Shown in pieces: positions 1 through 9,528 of a stretch of DNA of 64,000 bases; the first letter of the stretch is position 1, and each line of letters opens with the position of its first letter. The stretch lies in the NCBI GenBank assembly GCA_902563105.1, contig CACEVU010000002.1, forward strand, positions 10,592 to 74,591, given 5' to 3'. Both the position numbers and the translations under genes were made by a program. Under the pieces are notes generated by a model. It made no database searches and was not told the DNA's origin. It saw nothing but the letters and a program-made list of their open reading frames with translations. Source of the DNA: an uncultured SAR86 cluster bacterium (GTDB lineage: Bacteria; Pseudomonadota; Gammaproteobacteria; Magnimaribacterales; AG-339-G14).

Positions 1-2190
1 GATGATATCTAGATAAAAACTACCAAGTTCGTTACTACAAAAATTTAATATTTTTTGATACACCAAGTGGATCTCATAATTTGAATAATCTTCAATAATT
101 TCAGCTTCAAGCTTTTCAGCTCTTTTAAGAATCCATAGGTCTATTTCAACTCTATCTTCATGAGTATTTAATTCATTTGGTGAATTAAAATCGTATAAAT
201 TTGATAACAAAAATCTTATGGTATTTCTAATTCTTCTATAAGAGTCAGAAGTCCGATCAAGAATTTCGTCAGAAAAATAGATCTCGTTTCTAAAATCAGA
301 GGATGCAACCCAAGCTCTGAGAATGTCAGCGCCTTTTTTGTTCCATACAGATTGAGGGGAGACCGTATTACCTAAAGACTTAGATTGCTTTTTTCCCTCG
401 CCATCAACTACAAAACCATGAGTAAGCACAGATCTGAAAGGAGCTTCGTTATTTATTGCCATGCCTGTTAAGAGGGAGGATTGAAACCAACCTCTATGTT
501 GGTCAGAACCTTCTAAATATAAATCTGCAGGATAAGATAAATTTCCCCTGTTTTCTAAAACACAATGATGAGTTACTCCAGAATCGAACCAAACATCAAG
601 GATGTCTGTCGACTTTTCGTAGAGTTCGAAGTCTGCAATTAAAGATTCAGCTTTAAAATCATACCAAGCCTGTATGCCTACCTTTTCAACTTCTTTGGCA
701 ACTTTTTCAATTATTTCTAAAGTATTGGGATGAAGCTCACCAGTTTCTTTCCTAGTAAATAGGGGCAAAGGCACACCCCATGATCTTTGTCTTGAAATAC
801 ACCAGTCAGGTCTACCATGCATCATTCCTTCGATTCTTGATTTTCCCCATTCTGGAAGCCAATTAATTTCATTAATTTTTTCTTCTGCTTTTTGTAAAAG
901 ATCATTATTTTCCATAGAAATAAACCATTGCGGCGTTGCTCTAAAAAAGACAGGAATTTTATGACGCCAACAGTTTGGGTAACTATGTCTGTAAGTGCTC
1001 TTGCTCATCAAAAGAGATTTTTCGGATAGAATCTCTATCACTTTATTATTAGCATCTTCAAGATTTAATCCGCCTACAAATTCTTGGCTATCGTAAAATT
1101 CCCCTTTTTCGTCTACAGGACTAGAAAAATCTAAATCTTCACCTAAACACGCATGATAATCATCCATACCATGAGCTGGAGCCGTATGAACTAAACCTGA
1201 TCCCATTTCCTCAGTAACGTGTGAGCCTGGAATAAAAACTGAATCTCTACCCAAAAAGGGATGCGAAGCCGAAAGACCAACTAATTCCTTTCCAGATTTA
1301 GCACCTAAGACTTCATGATTGCTAATGCCTATTCTTTCAAAAGTTTTGTCCCTTAAAGTTTTTGCTATTAAGACAGATATTTTTTTATTTTCGTGCGAAA
1401 TATTTATCAATTCATATTCAAATGTTGGATTGATGCAAATTGCTTGATTGCTAGGGATTGTCCATGGAGTGGTTGTCCAAGATATAGCGTATGTTGGATA
1501 GGAAATATCTATCGAAAAAAGTTTTTCCACTCTTTTTTTATCTAAAGGAAAAAGAAAATCAATAGCTTTTGATTCTTTGTCGTAATACTCAATTTCGGCC
1601 TCTGCTAACGCAGACTTGCACTCTGGACACCAGTGTACTGGTTTCTCCCCTCTCACTAGATGATCTTCTGCAATTATTTTTCCTAAAGCCCTCATGGTAT
1701 TTGCTTCGAAATCGAATGACATAGTCTTATAAGGATTTTTCCAATCGGCTTGAACTCCAAGCCTTTTGAAATCGTTTCTTTGAATTGCAATTTGTTGATT
1801 GGCATATTCTCTGCATTCTTCTCTGAATTTATCTGCTTGGACCTCGACATTAACTTTTCCAATTTTCTTTTCCACATTCAATTCGATTGGAAGACCGTGA
1901 CAATCCCAACCAGGGATATAAGGAGAATTAAATCCTTGAAGTTGTTTAAATTTTATTATGATGTCTTTGAGAACCTTATTATTTGTAGTTCCCAAGTGAA
2001 TTGGTCCATTTGCGTAAGGTGGGCCATCGTGGAGCAAAAAATTTGGTCCATCACTGTTTTTATCCTGTAATAATTGGTATAAATTTATTTCTTCCCAATA
2101 TTTAATTATCTCTGGTTCTTTTTGAGCCAAGTTTGCTTTCATGGAAAAGCCTGTGTTAGGAAGATTTAATGTATCTTTAATTTTTTTCAT
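1..2190 (-). CDS. ileS: Isoleucyl-tRNA synthetase (3' end runs off the window)
   Basis: Hand translation from ATG at 2190: MKKIKDTLNLPNTGFSMKANLAQKEP..., LHDGPPYANGPIHLGT, HGFVVDGEGKKQSKSLGN. Directly follows ribF. Absent from the ORF track, presumably because its stop lies outside the window. Confidence 0.95.
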   Translation of the reverse strand, partial: MKKIKDTLNLPNTGFSMKANLAQKEPEIIKYWEEINLYQLLQDKNSDGPNFLLHDGPPYANGPIHLGTTNNKVLKDIIIKFKQLQGFNSPYIPGWDCHGLPIELNVEKKIGKVNVEVQADKFREECREYANQQIAIQRNDFKRLGVQADWKNPYKTMSFDFEANTMRALGKIIAEDHLVRGEKPVHWCPECKSALAEAEIEYYDKESKAIDFLFPLDKKRVEKLFSIDISYPTYAISWTTTPWTIPSNQAICINPTFEYELINISHENKKISVLIAKTLRDKTFERIGISNHEVLGAKSGKELVGLSASHPFLGRDSVFIPGSHVTEEMGSGLVHTAPAHGMDDYHACLGEDLDFSSPVDEKGEFYDSQEFVGGLNLEDANNKVIEILSEKSLLMSKSTYRHSYPNCWRHKIPVFFRATPQWFISMENNDLLQKAEEKINEINWLPEWGKSRIEGMMHGRPDWCISRQRSWGVPLPLFTRKETGELHPNTLEIIEKVAKEVEKVGIQAWYDFKAESLIADFELYEKSTDILDVWFDSGVTHHCVLENRGNLSYPADLYLEGSDQHRGWFQSSLLTGMAINNEAPFRSVLTHGFVVDGEGKKQSKSLGNTVSPQSVWNKKGADILRAWVASSDFRNEIYFSDEILDRTSDSYRRIRNTIRFLLSNLYDFNSPNELNTHEDRVEIDLWILKRAEKLEAEIIEDYSNYEIHLVYQKILNFCSNELGSFYLDII

Positions 2191-3133
2191 TTAATAATTG
2201 TTCTTGAGCAGTCTTTACGTCTTTAGCAATTTGTGTCTTAAGTTCTTCCAAACCATCAAATTTTTTTTCGTCTCTTATTTTTTTTACAAATTGTACTTTT
2301 AGACGTTTTCCATAGATGTCTTCTTTGAAATCGAAAATATTTACTTCCAGCACTGGAGAAGTTCCCCCTACTGTTGGTCTAATCCCAATATTAGCAATAC
2401 CATTTAATTCTGACATATCTAACCTGATCTTTACAGAAAAGACGCCTTTTATAGGAAGATTGTTTTTTGGCAGCCAAATATTAGCTGTTGGAAAACCAAT
2501 TGTTCTTCCTAATCTGTTGCCCGGGACTACTTTTCCTTCAAAAGAATAAGGTCTTCCAAGTAAATCTTTTGTCATTTCAAAATCACCTTTAGAAAGAGTC
2601 TCTCTTATCCAGCTACTACTCACTCTCCTCTTTTCAATAGAAAAAGTGGGTAACTTTGAGAGATTGATACCTTTACTGTCACTCCATTTTTGGAGCAAAG
2701 TATAGTCTCCTTTTCTATCTTGGCCGAATCTAAAGTCGTCTCCGATCAACAAGTGACTAATATTAAGTGAATCTAGTACCTCTTTAATAAATACCTCAGG
2801 AACCATTGTTTGTAGAGATATATTAAATTTCAAGAAAAAAGCATAATCGACGCTTTCATTTTCCAACCTTTTGAATTTATCTCTCCAGGGTGAAATTCTT
2901 GTTGGTTGTTCAGTAATATCTTTATTAAAAGAAAAAAATTCTTTTGCATGAGGTTCGGTAAAAATTACCATCGTTTTTGAATTAGAAGATAACGCAACAT
3001 CTTTCATTTTATGAATAATTTTTTTGTGGCCTAAATGAAGTCCATCGAAATTACCTATTGTTACAACGAGTTTTTCTTTCTCAAATCTTTCATTGAAAAG
3101 CGATAGATTTTTTAATCCTCTTATTAAATACAT
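2177..3133 (-). CDS. ribF: Bifunctional riboflavin kinase/FAD synthetase
   Basis: TIGNFDGLHLGH, GDDFRFG, GRTIGFPTAN motifs; murJ-ribF-ileS synteny. Confidence 0.96.
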   Translation of the reverse strand: MYLIRGLKNLSLFNERFEKEKLVVTIGNFDGLHLGHKKIIHKMKDVALSSNSKTMVIFTEPHAKEFFSFNKDITEQPTRISPWRDKFKRLENESVDYAFFLKFNISLQTMVPEVFIKEVLDSLNISHLLIGDDFRFGQDRKGDYTLLQKWSDSKGINLSKLPTFSIEKRRVSSSWIRETLSKGDFEMTKDLLGRPYSFEGKVVPGNRLGRTIGFPTANIWLPKNNLPIKGVFSVKIRLDMSELNGIANIGIRPTVGGTSPVLEVNIFDFKEDIYGKRLKVQFVKKIRDEKKFDGLEELKTQIAKDVKTAQEQLLNEKN

Positions 3134-4690
3134 TTAATTTTTAAAGAAATTTATTCTCAATCCTAAAACAAACATTAAACCGAAGTAAATAATTGACCCT
3201 ATACCAATATTCAGAAATAGATAAATTAATTGCATTTTCAAGTTTGTATCTGCCCAATTAGGATAAATTGATTGAAATGAAATTAAGGCCACTAATAAGC
3301 ATAAAGAACTAAAAAGAATTTTTATCAGAAATAAAATAGATTTATTTTCTAAAATTAAAATAGATCGTCTAATAAGGAAGATCAATAAGACAAAAAAACT
3401 TATTATTGCAGCAATTACACTTCCCATTGCAAGCCCAACATGGCCAAGTCCAAGTTGAAATGCAAAAAACCAATTCAAAATAACGTTAATTATTAAAGAT
3501 GCCAAAGCCACATACATAGGGGTTTTTGGATCCTGTTTTGCGAAAAACCCTACGTTAAGAATTTTTATTGCCATAAATGCAACAAGACCAAAACAGAATG
3601 CTTTGAGACTATAACTAGTTTTTATAGCGTCCAAAGGTATGAATTCTCCCCTTAAAAAAAGAATATTTATAATCTCGAAGCTTAAAAAGTAGAGCCCAAC
3701 GGATGATGGGATGCCAACAAGAAAAACAAATTTTAATGCCCAATTGAAATTTTTGTTAAATTCAGTAGAGTTTTTTTCTGCAGTCGCGTTTGATAAATTT
3801 GGTAAAATTACCGTTGCCGCGGCAATCGCAAAAATTCCTAAGGGCAATTGAATTAACCGATCTGAAAGATAGAGCCAAGTTGGACTCCCTGTTTCTAAAA
3901 GTGAAGCAAAGATAGTGTCGACTAAAATATTTATTTGAATGATTCCTCCGCTTAATATCCCAGGAACTAACAAGATAAAAACTTTTTTTAATCCGGGATG
4001 ATTAAAATCAATTTTAAGTTTTGGTATAAGTTTCAATTTAACTATCGGAATTAAACTCATGAAAATTTGAATGATTCCGGCGAAGAAAACTCCCCAAGCG
4101 ATGGCCAATACAGGAAGGTCAAAATAATCAGTTAGAAATAATGCTCCAAAAATGATGCTTAAATTAAATGCTATAGGTGTTGCTGCGGGAATAGAAAACT
4201 GGTTGAAAGTATTCAATACGGAGCTAAAAAAAGCCACAAGTGATACAAAAAATAAGTAAGGAAATGTAATTCTTAAAATATCAATTGCTAAATATTTTTT
4301 TTCAACATCAAAATAAAAACCTGGAGCAAATACAAAAACTACAAGCGGAGCGAAAATCATAAAGATAATACAAATAGACAAAACTATTGAAGATATTGCG
4401 GTAAATGAAAGATTTAAAAGCTTTTTTAGTTCTTCACTTGATTGATTCGTTTTGTAGTCTGTAAAGATTGGAATAAAGGCTTGACTAAAAGCACCCTCAG
4501 CAAACAACCTTCTAAATAAATTTGGGATTTTCAACATTACAACAAAAACGTCATGTGCAATTCCAGCGCCTAAGATATAAGTTGTAGCAATATCTCGAAA
4601 AACTCCAAAAATTCTTGAGACAAACGTCCAAAAAGAAACTAGAAAAGTTTTACCTGAAATTTTAGTCTTATGACTTGGTGAAGAATCCAA
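3134..4690 (-). CDS. murJ: Lipid II flippase MurJ (MviN)
   Basis: SRIFGVFRD, IPNLFRRLFAEGAFSQAF, DRLIQLPLG; multi-TM; TTG start. Confidence 0.95.
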   Translation of the reverse strand: MDSSPSHKTKISGKTFLVSFWTFVSRIFGVFRDIATTYILGAGIAHDVFVVMLKIPNLFRRLFAEGAFSQAFIPIFTDYKTNQSSEELKKLLNLSFTAISSIVLSICIIFMIFAPLVVFVFAPGFYFDVEKKYLAIDILRITFPYLFFVSLVAFFSSVLNTFNQFSIPAATPIAFNLSIIFGALFLTDYFDLPVLAIAWGVFFAGIIQIFMSLIPIVKLKLIPKLKIDFNHPGLKKVFILLVPGILSGGIIQINILVDTIFASLLETGSPTWLYLSDRLIQLPLGIFAIAAATVILPNLSNATAEKNSTEFNKNFNWALKFVFLVGIPSSVGLYFLSFEIINILFLRGEFIPLDAIKTSYSLKAFCFGLVAFMAIKILNVGFFAKQDPKTPMYVALASLIINVILNWFFAFQLGLGHVGLAMGSVIAAIISFFVLLIFLIRRSILILENKSILFLIKILFSSLCLLVALISFQSIYPNWADTNLKMQLIYLFLNIGIGSIIYFGLMFVLGLRINFFKN

Positions 4691-4692
4691 AA

Positions 4693-5085
4693 TTAAGTTT
4701 CAGATTTTTTAAAGGTCATTGCGACGGAATTCATGCAATACCTTTTTCCAGTTGGCAAAGGGCCATCTGGAAAGACATGCCCTAGATGCGCACCACAATT
4801 TTTGCAATGAACTTCAGTTCTTACCATCCCATGGCTACTGTCCGATTTAAAACCTACGGCATCGTTATCTATTGCATCCCAAAAGCTTGGCCATCCAGTG
4901 CCAGAATCATATTTCGTATCTGATGAAAAAAGATTATTTCCACAACAAATACATGAAAAAACACCTTTTTCCTTTAAATCTAATAAATCTCCTGAAAAAG
5001 GAGCCTCTGTTCCGTGCTCTTGGGTAACTATGTAAGCAGCATCCGAAATTTCTTCTTTGAGGTTTTTTTTATCCATATTAGACAA
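4693..5085 (-). CDS. msrB: Peptide-methionine (R)-S-oxide reductase
   Basis: GTEAPF, CICCG, KYDSGTGWPSF, HLGHVFPDGP, RYCMNS. Confidence 0.96.
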   Translation of the reverse strand: MSNMDKKNLKEEISDAAYIVTQEHGTEAPFSGDLLDLKEKGVFSCICCGNNLFSSDTKYDSGTGWPSFWDAIDNDAVGFKSDSSHGMVRTEVHCKNCGAHLGHVFPDGPLPTGKRYCMNSVAMTFKKSET

Positions 5086-5989
5086 TTACTTTTTTAAAAA
5101 CATTTAAATAGCCTTCCTCAATTTCCAATTCGTCAAAGAAATCTTTTTCTCTGAGCATTTGATGAGCTTTAGGAAGATTGTACCAAGGACAAAACATAAA
5201 AAGATGATGCTCTAAATGATAGTTTACATTCAAAGGTGCAATAAAATATCTTATGATTCCAGGAGATAATGTAGTTCGAGTGTGATTGAAATCATCTTTG
5301 CCAGAAGTACAAGCATGTTCAGCAATATTTCTCAGTCTATAAAAAAAACTGAATACCGTTAACTTAGGTATCCACCATAAAAGAAGGTAAAGCCAAGGCG
5401 AGCCAAAAAGTGTTAACAAAATTAGAATTATGGCTTGGCAAATAAAAAAACCATAAAGTTTCCCAACAAAATGCTGTAAATGATTTATAAATTTATCCTC
5501 TTCCGGGCCCCAAGCAGAGTAGAGATATCCTGCATATCTCCTCATACCCGCTATGCCAGATAAATCCCTAAAAATTTTTCTTGAAAAGCTAAATTTTGTT
5601 ACAGGAAAAGGATCAGTTAAAGTTTTATCAGGATCAGATTCTGTTTCGGTATGCTTATGATGCCTCAAATGGTAACTTCGGTAAGAATGTGTTTCTGTCA
5701 TCATTGGATATGCACACAGCCACTGAGAAATAAAATCGTTGATTTTTTTATTTTTTGAAATAAGATTATGTGCTCCGTCGTGCATCATTATTACTAAAGC
5801 AAATTGTCTTGTGCCGATAATTAAAGATGAAACTAAAAAAGTAATTATGTTAGGCCAAATTGCAAAAATCAAAAAACCTAAAGCAACTTGACTCCAAATA
5901 TTAAAAATAGCTAGATAATTCCTCCAATCTTTAGTTTTTTTAAGTTCAGAGATCTCATGCTCAGATAATAGAGAATTCGGATTTAACAT
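5078..5989 (-). CDS. Membrane fatty-acid desaturase family protein
   Basis: Three His boxes HDGAH, HLRHH, HLEHH plus TM segments. Start placed at ATG 5989, 6 nt after a TATAAT, rather than TTG 6004. Confidence 0.85.
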   Translation of the reverse strand: MLNPNSLLSEHEISELKKTKDWRNYLAIFNIWSQVALGFLIFAIWPNIITFLVSSLIIGTRQFALVIMMHDGAHNLISKNKKINDFISQWLCAYPMMTETHSYRSYHLRHHKHTETESDPDKTLTDPFPVTKFSFSRKIFRDLSGIAGMRRYAGYLYSAWGPEEDKFINHLQHFVGKLYGFFICQAIILILLTLFGSPWLYLLLWWIPKLTVFSFFYRLRNIAEHACTSGKDDFNHTRTTLSPGIIRYFIAPLNVNYHLEHHLFMFCPWYNLPKAHQMLREKDFFDELEIEEGYLNVFKKVIV

Positions 5990-6021
5990 GAAGTTATTAT
6001 ACAAGACAATTTAGATGATTC

Positions 6022-7125
6022 TTAAAGTCTAAATCCAATAAGCTCTAATTTAGATTTAGTCTTAAAACTTAAATTTCCAGCCAACTTGTGACTGTTGAAA
6101 CCTGGTCTTTTTAAAGAAGTTCTTAAGTCTTGGAAGGAAAAGTTGCTTTGTTTGGTGCCAAAGAATTTTTTAAAAATTAAATCATCTCTTTTCACATCAT
6201 AGATTTTTAAAAAAAGAGACGGAGCTATTCCAAAAAAATCTATCTCTTTTTCAATGGATTTATCAACTATAAAGTTAATGTTTTCGAACAGATCCAAAGT
6301 TCTTAATTTCTTATCAAAATAAACATTAAAATCCTTCAAAGCTTTCTCTGTAAAATTATTTTCTGCTCCAATTGTTTTACCAGCAATATGAGGTGTTGCT
6401 AAGTATGGCTTCTGCAATTTTGTAAAATCTATTTCATTTTCATTTGGCCAAACATCAAAAGCAAAATTATCTTTATTTTTCGCAAAATAAAACTCATCTG
6501 ATAATACTTCTCCTCGAGAAGTATTAATCAAAAATTGATTATCTTTTAATTGAGAAAAAATATTTTTGTCTAACAAATGATGAGAAGGATATTTACCCTT
6601 TTTAGAATAAGAGCAATGTATTGAAATTACGTCGCAAGCAAGAACCTTTTCAAAAGAAGAAGAATTTTTTGGCTCATAAGGATCAAAAACAAAACTTGGG
6701 TAATTGATCTCATCTAAAATTGATTTTAACTTTTTTCCAATATTTCCATATCCAATGATTCCTATGCTTGATTCGAAAGGTTTTATTTTATTTCCCATCA
6801 ACAAGTTTGAAATTACACTTAACGTATATTCGATAACTGCTAATGAGTTACCGCCCTTCCCTGTGGAGAGTTGAATACTCATTTCTTTGAGAAATTCATG
6901 ATCTATGTGATCTTCTCCTGATGTCAAAGAAGCAATAAACTTTACTTTAGTATTTTCTAGTAGAGCATTATTTATTCTTGTAACTGATCTTAAAAACAGA
7001 GCATCAGAGTTTTTAATATTCTGGTTTGTTATCTCGTTTGCGGGGAGAATGCTTATTTTGTAATCAGTGTTATTACTAAATACTTTATTTAGCTCTTCTA
7101 AGTCTTTGTCTATAACAACATTCAT
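6022..7125 (-). CDS. pdxB: 4-phosphoerythronate dehydrogenase (PLP biosynthesis)
   Basis: LFLRSVTR, GEDHID, GIIGYGNIG, INTSRG, TPHIAG. Likely start MNVVID at 7125 (TAATG coupling); the ORF track starts at 7164. Confidence 0.85.
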   Translation of the reverse strand: MNVVIDKDLEELNKVFSNNTDYKISILPANEITNQNIKNSDALFLRSVTRINNALLENTKVKFIASLTSGEDHIDHEFLKEMSIQLSTGKGGNSLAVIEYTLSVISNLLMGNKIKPFESSIGIIGYGNIGKKLKSILDEINYPSFVFDPYEPKNSSSFEKVLACDVISIHCSYSKKGKYPSHHLLDKNIFSQLKDNQFLINTSRGEVLSDEFYFAKNKDNFAFDVWPNENEIDFTKLQKPYLATPHIAGKTIGAENNFTEKALKDFNVYFDKKLRTLDLFENINFIVDKSIEKEIDFFGIAPSLFLKIYDVKRDDLIFKKFFGTKQSNFSFQDLRTSLKRPGFNSHKLAGNLSFKTKSKLELIGFRL

Positions 7126-7847
7126 TAATTTTTCTTGTTTGGAAGAAATTTGCTTTTTAACCATCCTAAAAAAGAGTTTTCCTTTAAGCTTATTTGGTCA
7201 ATTTTTAAATACAATGCATCTAATTCTTGTGGAGAAGAAAACATATCTTCGCGCGAAATTATTTTTTCATTTTGATCTAACTCTTTGACGATTTTTGCAG
7301 GATTTCCAGCAACAATTACATTTTTAGGCACGTCTTTAACGACTACGGATCCTGCTCCAACAATACTATTTTTACCGATGGTAACTCCTTTATTGACGAT
7401 TGCACTATCGCCTATCCAGACATTATCTTCTAAAACGACCTGTGATGACTTGCCTACTGGAAGAGCTCTGTCATAAATTCCATGCCAATCAGAATCTGAA
7501 ATGTATACTCCATTTGCAAACATACATGAATCTCCTATCTTTATTGAAGTAGCTGCAGATATCCTGACTCCTGGACTAAATAAACAAAATTTTCCAGCTT
7601 GAATTTTTCCATCATGTTTATCAGCATTCCATGTTGTTAAATGAATGTGAGCATCTGGAGAAGTTATGAAGGTAGCAAAATCTCCAACTGAAATATTTTT
7701 TCCGGAAACGTGAAGATATTTAACACCTAAAATAAGAGGACTGATTCCTAAGCTGTCAAATTGGGGTGCAATTATTTTGTTTATATATTGTTGATCAAAC
7801 CACCAATGAATTCTTTTAAGCCAATATGGTCTATTATCTTTTCTAAT
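7125..7847 (-). CDS. Hexapeptide-repeat (left-handed beta-helix) acyltransferase; probable ATT start
   Basis: Frame stays open upstream of ATG 7523 to a stop near 7866. Upstream part reads IRKDNRPYWLKRIHWWFDQ...PQFDSLG...GNFCLFSPGVRISAA-like LbH sequence; VWIG/VTIG/IVGAGSVV repeats downstream; GGGAG SD upstream of ATT 7847. Confidence 0.75.
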   Translation of the reverse strand: MRKDNRPYWLKRIHWWFDQQYINKIIAPQFDSLGISPLILGVKYLHVSGKNISVGDFATFITSPDAHIHLTTWNADKHDGKIQAGKFCLFSPGVRISAATSIKIGDSCMFANGVYISDSDWHGIYDRALPVGKSSQVVLEDNVWIGDSAIVNKGVTIGKNSIVGAGSVVVKDVPKNVIVAGNPAKIVKELDQNEKIISREDMFSSPQELDALYLKIDQISLKENSFLGWLKSKFLPNKKN

Positions 7848-7892
7848 TTTAGTCTCCCGATATTTTTACATCATGTATGATACAGCGATTCT

Positions 7893-9302
7893 ATGAAAGA
7901 AACTCTTGGCACTCCAACTTACGATGCAGATTTGGCTAAAAGATCACCGGCAGAGGAATTTCGAGAATATTTTAAATTAGCAATTCCAATGCTGCTGACT
8001 CAAATAGCGGCGCACGCAACAGGAATAATTTCTGCCTTGATGACAGGAAATTACAATACTGTTGACCAAGCTGCTGTAGCTATTGGAAATATGCTTTTTT
8101 GGCCAGCATATTTCGGCATAGCTGGAGTCTTGTTCATTGTTACTTCTTTTGTAGCGCAGTTTTATGGAGCAAAAAAAAATGAATTAATTGGCCCTCTGGT
8201 GAAGCAATCTTACTGGCTTGCTGTACCTTTAATTCTGTTATTTATAGTCTATATCTTAAATGCAGATAAGCTTCTTTTTTATTTAGGAACTCCTGCCGAT
8301 GTAAAGATTATTACAGAAGATTATCTTTTCGGACTAATGGTAGGTGCTCCAGCAATGTTTCTTTTCCAACCGTTAAGATCTATGTGTGAAGGTATGAAAA
8401 AACCTCTACCCATAACATACATAAATATAGTGATGGTTTTAATTAACGCATCAGTAAATTATATTTTAATTTTTGGAAAATTTGGATTTCCTGAACTTGG
8501 AGGAAAAGGTTGCGGTATAGCTTTTCTGGTTTCTTCCTGGTCATCTTTATTTATCATTTTGAGTTATATTTATTTCTCTAAATATTTTCAAGATATTAAA
8601 TTTTTTAGTGATTTTGAACTTCCTAATAGAAAGCAAATAACAGAAATAATGAAGTTGGGAATACCAATTGGCGGAACTTTATTTATTGAAATCGCGGTAT
8701 TCAGTGGTGCGGGACTTATTCTCAGCAGTTTAGGTGAAAACGTAATTTCAGCTCATGCTATTGCGATGCAAGTCACAACTCTTACTTTTATGCTGCCTCT
8801 TTCAATTGGCTTGGCAGCAAACGTAAGAGTTGGAAATCTCGTTGGCTCTAATTCATTCGACAAAGCAAGATATTCTGCATTTTTTGCTATGTTTTTTGCA
8901 TTATTTTTAGCAATAATTAATACATTTATTCTCATTGAATTCGGTTATTTTTTTGCAAGTTTTTTTAATCCAGATTCCAGTATTGTTTCTTTAGCTTCAT
9001 CTTTATTGGTTATTGCTGCAATCTTTCAAATTGCTGATGGATTAAACTTTTCTGGTGTTGGAGCCTTAAGGGGTTACAAGGACACTCAAATATTATTTCT
9101 CTTTATGTTCATTGCATACTGGTTAATTGGGATGCCAATTGGATATAGCCTATCTATGACAGATCTTTTTTTTGATCCAATGGGTGCACAAGGAATGTGG
9201 ATAGGGCTGACGGTTGGACTATTTTTTTCAGCTGCTTTTGTTATTGCCAGAGTAAATTATACTACTGGGAGAGGTAGAAATAGATTTGTCTTAAATTCTT
9301 GA
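7893..9302 (+). CDS. MATE family efflux transporter (NorM-like)
   Basis: LAIPM, FGKFGFPELGGKGCGIA, LGIPIG, VRVGNLVG, GALRGYKDT; about 12 TM. Confidence 0.9.
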   Translation: MKETLGTPTYDADLAKRSPAEEFREYFKLAIPMLLTQIAAHATGIISALMTGNYNTVDQAAVAIGNMLFWPAYFGIAGVLFIVTSFVAQFYGAKKNELIGPLVKQSYWLAVPLILLFIVYILNADKLLFYLGTPADVKIITEDYLFGLMVGAPAMFLFQPLRSMCEGMKKPLPITYINIVMVLINASVNYILIFGKFGFPELGGKGCGIAFLVSSWSSLFIILSYIYFSKYFQDIKFFSDFELPNRKQITEIMKLGIPIGGTLFIEIAVFSGAGLILSSLGENVISAHAIAMQVTTLTFMLPLSIGLAANVRVGNLVGSNSFDKARYSAFFAMFFALFLAIINTFILIEFGYFFASFFNPDSSIVSLASSLLVIAAIFQIADGLNFSGVGALRGYKDTQILFLFMFIAYWLIGMPIGYSLSMTDLFFDPMGAQGMWIGLTVGLFFSAAFVIARVNYTTGRGRNRFVLNS

Positions 9303-9524
9303 ATGATTGAAATAGATGCCAAAGGTTTAAAATGTCCTGAGCCAATAATGCTTCTTCATAAATCTATTCATGAAGCTGAAAAAGGTGAAGAAGTAACGCT
9401 TATAGCAACAGATCCTACTTCAATTAAAGATGTTAAAAAGTTCTGCGAGTATCTGAATCATTCATTAATTTCTTTTTCTGATGAAGACGGAATCATTACG
9501 TTTAAAGTAAAAAAGGGAGAATAA
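9303..9524 (+). CDS. tusA: Sulfur carrier protein TusA
   Basis: IDAKGLKCPEP motif, ATDP, FC. Confidence 0.92.
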   Translation: MIEIDAKGLKCPEPIMLLHKSIHEAEKGEEVTLIATDPTSIKDVKKFCEYLNHSLISFSDEDGIITFKVKKGE

Positions 9525-9528
9525 AAAT

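Noticed and set aside
1-2176. Apparent gene-poor region or pseudogene, with short ORFs at 456, 1692 and 1750
   Set aside because: It is ileS on the minus strand. Its two signature motifs are in frame with the start and the stop is beyond the window; the short ORFs are shadows.
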